A DNA stretch of 64,000 bases. Origin: Macrostomum lignano. Taxonomy: Eukaryota. Position numbers and translations under genes: made by a program. Below are positions 13,640-24,000 of the stretch, piece after piece; within the stretch, counting starts at the first letter, position 1; each line of letters begins with the position of its first letter. The notes below the pieces were generated by a model. That model was not told the origin of the DNA and did no database searches. It saw only the letters and a program-made list of their open reading frames with translations. The stretch is taken from contig NIVC01002566.1 in NCBI GenBank assembly GCA_002269645.1, positions 1-64,000 of the forward strand, in the 5' to 3' direction.

Positions 13640-14410
13640 CAGGGGCGTAGTCAGAGGGGGGGCAAGGGGCCGTGGCCCCCCCCCCAATCACCAACTCTGG
13701 CCTTGGCGCCCCCCCCTAAAAGAAACTGGCGCCCCCCCCCTAAAAGAAACTGGCGCCCCCCCCTCTAAAAGAAACTGGCACCCCCCCCCTAAAAGAAACT
13801 GGCGCCCCCCTCTAAAAGAAACTGGCGCTCCCCCTCTAAAAGAAACTGGCGCCCCCCCTCTAAAAGAAACTGGCGCCCCCCCCTAAAAGAAACTGGCACC
13901 CCCCCCTAAAAGAAACTGGCGCCCCCCCTCTAAAAGAAACTGGCGCTCCCCCTCTAAAAGAAACTGGCGCCCCCCTCTAAAAGAAACTGGCGCCCCCCCC
14001 TAAAAGAAACTGGCACCCCCCCCCCTAAAAGAAACTGGCGCCCCCCCTCTAAAAGAAACTGGCGCTCCCCCTCTAAAAGAAACTGGCGCCCCCCCTCTAA
14101 AAGAAACTGGCGCCCCCCCCCTAAAAGAAACTGGCGCCCCCCCTATAAGAAACTGGCGCCCCCCTAAAAGAAACTGGCGCCCCCCTAAAAGAAACTGGCG
14201 CCCCCCCTAAAAGAAACTGGCGCCCCCCCTATAAGAAACTGGCGCCCCCCCCCCTATAAGAAACTGGCGCCCCCCTAAAAGAAACTGGCGCCCCCCCCCC
14301 TATAAGAAACTGGCGCTCCCCCCTAAAAGAAACTGGCGCCCCCCTATAAGAAGCTGGCGCCCCCTAACTCACGGCCCCCCCCCCAATCAAAATTCCTGGC
14401 TACGCCCCTG
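13640..14410. mobile_element. hAT-type MITE with 15-bp TIRs, 8-bp TSD and an internal ~23-bp tandem array
   Basis: Left end caggggcgtagtcag (13640) and right end ctggctacgcccctg (14396-14410) differ by 1 mismatch. cttcgctt flanks both sides (13632-13639, 14411-14418). The interior is ggcgccccccctaaaagaaact repeats. Confidence 0.9.
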
Positions 14411-14873
14411 CTTCGCTTTGATATGGATTGGTAGATAGTAACATTTAAATATGCGTTTTTGGCATCTGTGTTCTATTTATATCATTATTCAACATTAAAA
14501 TCTGATGCTAATCTTAATAATCATTTTAAAATGCGCTACCTTCTTAGCTTAGCTCCTTGATGTTATTAACGGAGCATAGCCCTTTTCAGTTTTATTAATT
14601 ATGAACAGTCACTTTAGAAAATGTAACTGTAACTGTAAGATATCAAAATGATATCAGATTTAAATCGCAAAACTACAATTCCGTTTACAAATTAGGTGAA
14701 TACAAATTTACGTATTACTTAACCATGAATCGTGGCAGTGTTTCCAGTATGGAAAATAAAGCGATTGTCCATTTTATATTTCTGATATTATACCTGATTT
14801 TCTAATAATGACTATCTTTGAATCTTAGGAAATTGTAGGCTGCAGTTAACATTAAAATAAAAATTCATTTGAA

Positions 14874-14961
14874 GCAGCAGGGCGGGGGAGCAGCAGGGCG
14901 GGGGAGCAGCAGGGCGGGGGAGCAGCAGGGCGGGGGAGCAGCAGGGCGGGGGAGCAGCAGG
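14874..14961. repeat. 16-bp G-rich minisatellite (gcagcagggcggggga), ~5 copies
   Basis: Read directly. Confidence 0.9.
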
Positions 14962-15355
14962 GTGCAGGCTGGGATCCATTAGTATGGCCCGTGAATACAT
15001 ATACCGGTATTTACTTACTTCCTACTATAAGTAGAATAAATAGGATATCCCGTTATTATTTATTCGACTGTCGAAAGGGCGCAGGGTAAACGTAGTTGCC
15101 CTGACTGGACAAATTGTGCGCCAGGGCGCTAGACGCGCATCGAAGGGGCGTAGGATAAAATGTATAGTGGGGCGTATATGAATTGCTCCACTGGGACACT
15201 CCTGTGTGAGCATGTGTGTGATTTGTGTGTCCGCGAACAGTATTGGCGCGCTTGTATAAGCTCAGGAATCAGTCAAATAGGCATAATTGTCTTCTTTCTA
15301 TCGACTTATTTTTTAAAATTGATAGTGAACATAAATAATAATTCCCCTCACCCAG

Positions 15356-16972
15356 ATGTCGAAGTCAAGGATTTAGAGTTTGTTTGGAGTCATTTTTCTA
15401 AATTCGATCGAGAATCGGACGTCAACGTAACGCCGTTGTTTGCGGACATCATGGTGTTTGGCAATGCAACCGAAGCGGATGCGGCCAGAGTCGCGCAGAC
15501 CATCCTAGCCGCGATGCCGGTACTCACTTCCAAGTCGACAGCGCAGTCACCGCCATCTCCGCAATCGATACGAAAAAGCGAGCGACTGCTGCCAAAAGGC
15601 ATTCGCAACAAGGTAGAACTGGACGTCAAAGAAGACGTCAACGAGAATTTTTCTGCCTGCGCTATTGTCTTACAAATATCAACAAGCGAAGCATGGAAGG
15701 CATCTCTCTGTTGTCAATCGGTCGATGAATCATCCAAAAGGATTTGGCACGAACTGATAATTAGATTGATTGTGCGCTTCATGGAGTTTAAAGTGAATCC
15801 TTCCAAGTCCGATATCACTGTCGCCGATGCAAAGATCGGTCGCTATGCCTGCTGCATCGTGCTGGCTTCGGTACAAAGCAAGCATCCCGCCGACGTAAGT
15901 CCTTTTCCATTGCATTTCCAAAATAAATTTTGTCCTGGGCAATAGCTATTGCGTTAAAATTTACTTCAATTTGAGACCTAATGGGGCAGATGTGCAATCG
16001 ACAGCTCGGCCACAGGAATTGATGAAAACGTCTGAAAGCTGGGTACGGCTGTTCAGTCCAAGGTCCACGCAATAACTGCGGTCGCCACACTCGGTCTCAA
16101 TTACCCTAGCTAATAATGGCACCCATTTTACAGCTGGGTGAACTGAAGCAAGGCAGAGTTTAGTATATCTTTCTTTCTCAATAACACAAGTTGTTCCAAA
16201 TGATTCAAGAATCGAAGCCCCGACCTTTCAGTCGTAAATTCGACGCTCTTACCACTATAGGCTACAAACCATCAGTATTTTGTTTTTTTATCATCCAGAT
16301 CGAACAGCAGCTTGAATTGTTCATCTCAAAATCCTGCGATTACATCGAAGAAAAATCGTCTAAAAGCATGATATCATACGAGCGTAATGTCAAGCGAGAC
16401 ACGTTACAGTCGATTTGTCCAACCAAATTCCAAGAACAAGCCTGTGCGCACTGGAATCACATTGTCAGCGGAGATTACGACTTTAGCGACGCCTGTTCTG
16501 TCGTGAAATGCATCGATCAAATATGGAAGAAAATCGACAAAATCGAACTCTCGAGATACTGCCGGGTAAGGAGCTGCAAGCAAGCACTTTTTAAGACCTT
16601 ATACTCAGCCCCATACTATAAGTGATTGCTAAGATTCTGAAAGTGTACTGAACTGCAGGGAAAATGAGTGACAATGACAATGTGGTGTCGTTATTTGCAG
16701 AGATGGCTGTCCAAGGACGCGGCGGACAGGCGCCAACTAGTAGTGCACAAAATTAATCGGGAAAAGTTTCCGAAAGATTCGACTAACGACAGCGACACCG
16801 CGGTGAGTAGCCATGGTTTTTTGCTTCTGGTTCTCCATGAAACTGTCTGCAATTCAATTTTTTTCATTTTCCAATAACACAGAAACCTGACATTTTTGCT
16901 GAGCTGAACAAATTCAAGCGGTGCATGGAGTCGTGTCCGATGAGCGACTCTGACCTGAACAAATCTAAATGA
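15356..16972 (+). CDS. 3' end (last 4 exons) of an insulysin/IDE-like M16 paralog; upstream exons not found in the window
   Basis: Exons 15356-15894, 16299-16565, 16701-16802 and 16883-16972 (TGA) are in frame. LFADIMVFGNA, LLPKG, VQSKHP, IEQQLELFI, HWNHIVSGDYDF and NKFKRCM align with IDE domains 3-4. Intron positions and phases match exons 14-17 of genes A and B. Confidence 0.85.
15977..16267 (-). mobile_element. tRNA-headed SINE copy (intronic)
   Basis: Reverse-strand copy of the family core ttcagttcacccagctgtaaaatgggtgcc with a tRNA-like head. Confidence 0.8.
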
Positions 16973-17291
16973 TTCCTTAACTGACTGACTGCAATCCTTC
17001 GAATACACGTATGCCCATATTATGTACTCATGAAAATGTTTTGTTTCTCAAATAAATTGAGCGCAGACTTTTTTTCTACTCAGTCATCGAAACGTCCTAA
17101 CTTTTAGCTACGTGTAAAAGCCAGGACAAGTGCAGCAAAATCATGGTATTTTCTGTGTCGGACTTTTGATCCAGTGGGAGGGTGAAAAGTCGATAAAAAT
17201 TCTGACGTTTGGAATGAAATGTACTCGTAGAAAAATGAAAGATTATGCGAACTTTAGCCTAATAGTTAATAGATCAGTTTTACTTGATAAA

Positions 17292-17655
17292 GGAGTGAGG
17301 TGGCTAAGAAGTGAGGTGGCTGAGGAATGAGGTGGCTAAGAAGTGAGGTGGCTAAGGAGTGAGGTGGCTGAGGAGTGAGGTGGCTAAGGAGTTAGGTGGC
17401 TAAGGAGTGAGGTGGCTAAGGAGTGAGGTGGCTGAGGAGTGAGGTGGCTAAGGAGTAAGGTGGCTGAGGAGTGAGGTGGCTAAGGAGTGAGGTGGCTGAG
17501 GAGTGAGGTGGCTAAGGAGTGAGGTGGCTGAGGAGTGAGGTGGCTGAAGAATGAGGTGGCTGAGGAGTGAGGTGGCTGAGGAGTGAGGTGGCTAAGGAGT
17601 TAGGTGGCTAAGGAGTGAGGTGGCTGAGGAGTGAGGTGGCTGCGGAGTAAGGTGG
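17292..17655. repeat. 16-bp minisatellite (gagtgaggtggctaag/gag), ~22 copies
   Basis: Read directly. Confidence 0.95.
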
Positions 17656-18001
17656 GTGGATGGTCAGTGAGGTGGCTGGCGAGTGGGCTAAAGAAATAAA
17701 ATAAAATGAATTTGAAACTTTACTTGCTTGCCTGCCTACCAAAAAACTTTGAAAATTAGATTTATTGATGACGTGATGGCATTGTTAGCCGTAGTTACTG
17801 ATAGCAGTAACTTACAGTAAGTTAGTTAGTAAGCAGTAACTTACTAACTTATAGCTTGCCTCAATTTAGATAATACAACTTTAGTCATATAGACTACGGT
17901 TTGTCTATGTCAAAAATGCTTTTCTAATTTGAACCCTAATTAACGATGCAAAACTTTGACAAGTTCGAGCAGGCGAAACAGAAGGACCCAACTCAAATAA
18001 A

Positions 18002-21000
18002 ATGACCGACTCCAAGCAGACTAATATGCAGCCTCTTGTGCTGCACTCTCGGGTGCTTTCGCGTTTCGAAATTGATACGCCATCGCAGTACTTAAACCAT
18101 TACATCCGCCAGCATCGGGCCATCGAGCTGCCCAACGGCGCAATCGCGTTTCTGTCTCATAAGCCGGACGACTTTGATGACGACAGCAGCAGCAGCAGAA
18201 GCAGCTCCGATATCGGGCCTGCAAATATGAAATCCGGGGCTGACGATGAGTCGAATGTGTTCTACGACAATGTCGAAAATGATACGACCAGCTGCGACAA
18301 GGAGTCCTCAGCCGACTGCAGCCTGCAGAGAAGCCGATTCGCTTTGGTGTGCTTCAGCATCGGCGTTGGCAGACTGCACGAGCCGTCCGACTGTCGGGGC
18401 CTCGCCGAACTGTGCCTTCGATTGATTTTTTTCGCCTGCAATCATCCGCAGATGCAGAGTCTCGAGAGCAGCTTTGACGATACCACTGTTCAGACTCTAG
18501 ACGAATCGATCTGGAACCAAGAATCGCACTACCACGCTGAAGTATTCGATGACCGATCCGAGTGCAGCTTTGTGGTCGACTCGGACGTCCTGCCGGCCGT
18601 TCTGCGGGTGACTGTTTTTGCAATTAAACTCACTTGGCGGGGGTTGCAGCCTAATGGTTAGAGCGTCGGATTCACGACTTGAAGGTCGGGGGTTCGATTC
18701 TCGATCCCACTGGAACAATTTGTGTCCTTGACCAAGACACTTTGAGTGCCAGCATTAGCTGGTGTAATTGAGGGTGTGTGTGGCGATCCCCCAATCCTTT
18801 GACTGAACAGCCGTACGCAGCCTTCAGATGCACCACGCAATTGCTGCGGCTGAGCTGTCGGTTGCACATCTGCCCATTAGGGCATGCAATTACGAGTAGT
18901 TTAACACAGATGTAATTCGTATTTTACTGAGAAAAACAAATCAATGTCAAATGAACTAAAATGTAATGCTACTATAGATCTATTATATTCTAGCTTATAT
19001 ATAGTTACATTTAGGTTAAATCTAGAAGTCATGTTAGAGCTCAGGGGTCGCTTTTTTAAGACCAAAATTTCATAACGTCGAAAGCAATTGCATGGTCCTT
19101 CACAAGACCGAACTATCTAACTCTATCTTACCCTGCTCTATCTTACCCTTGATTCACACGAGCCAGCGGAACCAGTTAAGATCAGTAGCAAAGTTAGGAT
19201 GAATTCGATAAAATAACAAGTGAAGAAAAGATGTTAAACCCTCGCGTTAAGTATAATAAATTTTCCTCAAGCAACCTTGAAAGTTTAATCATCACAAAAC
19301 CCAGACTCGCAATCTGGCTGATTCCCACGGACCCTACACAATCGTCCGTCATCTCAAACAACTAATTATTAAATGTAGTTGAATCACCGGCCCACATAGA
19401 ATACGTGCATAGAGACCCTTTAAAGTGTAGTTAGACTTTTAAGCAGCCTGCACTCGTCCTTTACAATGCAGTCACCAAGCACCGGTGGCTTTTTGTAAGA
19501 GTATGCCTGTTAACAACTGCTACACTCCACCACATAATAGTAATAATAATATTTGATTACACCTGCCCCAATTGGGCCAGATGTGCAACCTGAAGGCTGC
19601 GTACGGCTGTTCAGTCCAAAGACTGGGGGTCGCCACACACACCCCAAACTAGCCCAGTTAATGCTGGCAGCCATTTTACAGCAGAGTTAACTGAACCAAT
19701 GCAAGTTAAGTATCTTGCTCAAGGACACAGATCGAGAATCGAACCCCCGACCTTCAAGTCGTGAATCCGTACTCCACCACGTTCTGATAACACTGCAATT
19801 TTTCTAATTCCTTAACCTAAATCCTATTCTTAATGGTCCCTCAAAAAGTCCCTAAATTATATCAGATTAAATATGATCCTTACCCATACTAAAATACAGA
19901 GCCTTGGCGCCAGCATAATGTCTCCAGAATTCAACGAAGTCTACATTGAACGCGAGCAGAAGAAACTGCGCTCAAAATGCCTACGTGAAGGCCTGCCACC
20001 GTTGGACCTTCTTGAGCGCAGTTCTGGAAATCCGGACCATCCGTTCAACCGCTTGGTGCTGGACAATGCGAATACAGTGGCCTCAATCGGCAGCGAAGAC
20101 GTGAAAAAGCGACTGTTTGAATTTCACGCCAAGTATTATTCGGCTAAGCTATTGCGGATGGCTCTCGTGTGCAGCAAACCGCTGGACGAATTAGAGGTTA
20201 GTCTCTTTTTTAACGAGTATCATTATATAGTTATTTCCAATTGTATATCCATACAAGGGCTGTGTATCTAACATAGCAGTGGTAAAGACCAAGACCCAGG
20301 TTCTGTACACCCAGTGTGCTTGTGAATGTTCTACACAAAAGCATGTCCAATGGTCCAGACTAGTTAAAAGTCACAGATTAGCCGCTTTGCCAACCTCACA
20401 TTTCAGGAAATTTTTGTTGAAGCATTCGAAAGTCTGCCCGGCGAGCCCGTTCCTCGCATCAGATTTAACTGTCATCCGTACGACGGTTCGGAGACTGGAG
20501 TCAAAGTAAAAGTTTTTGCGTTTTTGCGTTTTTGCTTTTTTGCCCATCGAAATGTTCTTTTATCATTTTTTTATCAAACAGTACTCAGCAGTCAAACAGT
20601 CAAACAGTACTCATAAACATAGACAATTACATAGACAATTCTCTAATTCTCTAATAGACAGTAATCTGTAATTTAGCCCCTGATGCTAAAGCCCCTGGTA
20701 CTACACCATTTTACCCTCGATTTTGAACAAGGAGAACTTCGAAACTGACAAACTCCTCTTCAATATTGACACTCTATGGTCGGGCACTCAAAATCTACAA
20801 TCAATATTGACAGATCAAGCTTCAATTTTGACAAACTCTGGTTCAATTTTGACAATGCACGTTTAGTCAACTTCTCCTGGGAGAATTCGGTAACAAAGTA
20901 ATCCAATGAAAGCCTGAACGGGGCTGAAGTGAGCTGTGCAAAATCAGCTTATTCTGACTTTGCTTTTTGGATCTACAAGTATTGATAAAATTTATTTTTC

Positions 21001-24000
21001 TCCATCCTTTACACACAGACTAAAATAGCCTGACTGGTTGGGCTGCAAAGTCTGATTCTATTTTGACAGAGTTGCTTCAAAACTGACACTCTATGGTTTG
21101 TGTACCCAAAAAGTCCGCTTCATTTTTGACAACTCCGAATCAATATTGAACAGTTAACAATCAATTTTGACTAAGACAGTTTTTGAAATAGATTTTGACA
21201 ATTTTTACTAAGATTTCTCTCTTGAGGGGGGGGGGGGTACTTGCTATTTGGGAGAAGGGGTACTGGCTGCATGTATCTACGAGTACATGTATATAGAGTG
21301 TCAGTTTTGAAGCAACTCTGTCAAAATAGAATCAGACTTTGCAGCCCAACCAGTCAGGCTATTTTAGTCTGTGTGTAAAGGATGGAGAAAAATAAATTTT
21401 ATCAATACTTGTAGATCCAAAAAGCAAAGTCAGAATAAGCTGATTTTGCACAGCTCACTTCAGCCCCGTTCAGGCTTTCATTGGATTACTTTGTTACCGA
21501 ATTCTCCCAGGAGAAGTTGACTAAACGTGCATTGTCAAAATTGAACCAGAGTTTGTCAAAATTGAAGCTTGATCTGTCATTCTTATTTGATTCTGCGTGC
21601 AGGATTGCTGATCTGGCACGCCCAAGCGTGCAGAATTGATGTTGTCTATGGCAAATTATCCTTTAGGTCTAATGCATCTTACGTGCAGGATTGCACTTTA
21701 TTTTTAGACAACAAGAAAACAACGAGTGAAAATTGGTTAATATCATTCCTAGTTTTTCGCTTGCGATCAGATGCTACTCAAATACAAATTCAATGACGTT
21801 GGTGTCACCATTGGCTCTAATCTTCAAATTCTTCCGATTTTCCGGAATAACTCGCACACAGCGCACCGAGCCCGACGTAGGATCGTTGATAACGTCAACT
21901 GGGTCACTAGCCTCAGTGCCTACAACTTGAGGGTCGGCCGTAGTAGCCACCTCCACGGCAGCCGTTAGTTGATGGCTCATAGCACAAATCGCTTGCTCTC
22001 GTTTATTCCCTCGTCGAATGTAGCGCTCGACGGATGCACCTCGCTTGTGGCCAGTCACTTTAGCGATAGTTTCGACATTAAATCCAGCGTCGTGAAGTTC
22101 TGTGATTACAGTTGCACGCACACACTGCACACCATTGTCAGTCAGAAACTTCTCGAAACGACCGACGGAAGCCAATTCCTTTGCAATGGTTGATTGACAC
22201 TGATTCTCACGTTCAACTTGCTGAGCAAGGCTCTCCAGTTCATCCAGACTTGCATTCGACATCGGGTCAGTCGCTAGCAGCTTCTCTAAATCGGCGTCAG
22301 CAATTGCATCCAACATGGGCAGCAGCCATTCGTTCTCTCTTTCCCACTTGCTAGAAATGGCTGCAATTGCCACCTCTTCGGATGACAAACCGTCGACGGT
22401 TGCGTATCGCATGTCCATAAGCGGAGGAAGAATCGACGGGTTGATTAGAGAAACCATTGCTTTGTTTTTATAGTGGCAACTAGCTTTCAATTGTAATCTC
22501 CTTTCGTTACCCCCTCCCCTCACCATCTCCAGCGTGCAAGATTGATTTTGTCTATGGTTAAAATGTGGGGGCTTCGCCCCCACGCCCCCAGCGGGGGCTC
22601 TGCCCCCACACCCCCGCTAGCAGCGGGTAATGTCTATAGTAATATCAATTATAACCTCCTTTTTTGGGCAGAATGTAAAATGGAAGAATCAAATAAGAAT
22701 GAGATTCATGCACGCCAACTCGTGCGTCTATGGCAAAGAGCACTCGTGCGCTTCGCGCACTCGTGCCTTTGCCAATGACGCACTCGTTAGCGTTCAAGAA
22801 TCCTAACAATATTGATTGTAGATTTTGAGTGCCCGACCATAGAGTGTCAATATTGAAGAGGAGTTTGTCAGTTTCGAAGTTCTCCTTGTTCAAAATCGAG
22901 GGTAAAATGGTGTAAAGCCCATGGTACTAAAGCCCATGGTGCTAAAGCCCCTGGTGCTAAAGCCCCTGTTGCTAAAGCCTCTGGTGCTAAAGCCCCTGGT
23001 GCTAAAGCCCCTGGTGCTAAAGCCCCTGATGCTAAAGCCCCTGATGCTTAAGCCCCTGATGCTAAAGCCTCTGGTGCTAAAGCCCCTGGTACTAAAGCCC
23101 CTGGTGCTAAAGCCCCTGGTGCTAAAGCCCCTGGTGCTAAAGCCCCTGGTGCTTAAGCCCCTGATGCTAAAGCCCCTGATGCTAAAGCCCATGGTGCTAA
23201 AGCCCATGGTGCTAAAGCCCCTGATGCTTAAGCCCCTGGTACTAAAGCCCCTGGTGCTAAAGCCCCTGCTGCTAAAGCCCCTGGTGCTAAAGCCCCTGAT
23301 GCTAAAGCCCCTGATGCTAAAGCCCATGGTGCTAAAGCCCCTGCTGCTAAAGCCCCTGATGCTTAAGCCCCTGATGCTAACGCCCCTGGTGCTAAAGCCC
23401 CTGCTGCTAAAACCCCTGCTGCTAAAGCCCCTGATGCTAAAGCCCCTGGTGCTATAGCCCCTGCTGCTAACGCCCCTAGTGCTAAAGCCCCTGGTGCTAA
23501 AGCTCCTCGTGCTAAAGCCTACATGAGTACGTCACTGTAGGAGTAGCTTATCGCTGCATCCTAATTAACACAGCTCAAAATGGTAGCTACGCGCTAAAGT
23601 TTCTGATAGGCGACAGTTTTATTAGAAAGTCTTCCAGAATAACAGTTTTTTTCAATAAAAATGCTAACAATGTACCTAGCGCCCTTTCTATGATCATCTG
23701 CAAGACACTGCAACTAATCTAAAAAAGACATATTCATCGACGACACTTACTTGCAGCACATTTTGCTATTTTGCCCTACGGCAGGTTCGTACGGATTGTT
23801 TAAACTCGAGATTCTGCAACACAGTCGAGATTGTGTTTCCCCTGCCAGACCAGAGTCCGCTGTACAAGACCTCGCCAGACCTGTACGCTTTGTTGATGCT
23901 GCAAAAAAGCGGCAACAATGCTCACTAGAGGCCTGCCTCCACCGACACGGTCTGGGCTTCTGCGACGTCGGATTGTTGGACAGAGGAACTCTGGGCTTCG

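Noticed and set aside
7560-15340. Terminal inverted repeats of the EnSpm-type element
   Set aside because: Candidate CACAG/CCC starts on the left had no matching reverse complement on the right by eye, so the boundaries are left uncalled.
18644-18715. tRNA gene
   Set aside because: The A/B boxes are fused to a SINE core and tail and repeated in decayed copies, with no complete cloverleaf evident. It is a SINE head.
22890-23457. ORFs of VLKPL/GFSTR repeats (also GAPGA at 43.2 kb, DASIK at 49.5 kb, APRA at 39.3 kb, KETGAPP at 13.6 kb)
   Set aside because: They are open only because the repeat units lack stops, and all lie in introns or MITEs defined by flanking splice sites or TIRs.
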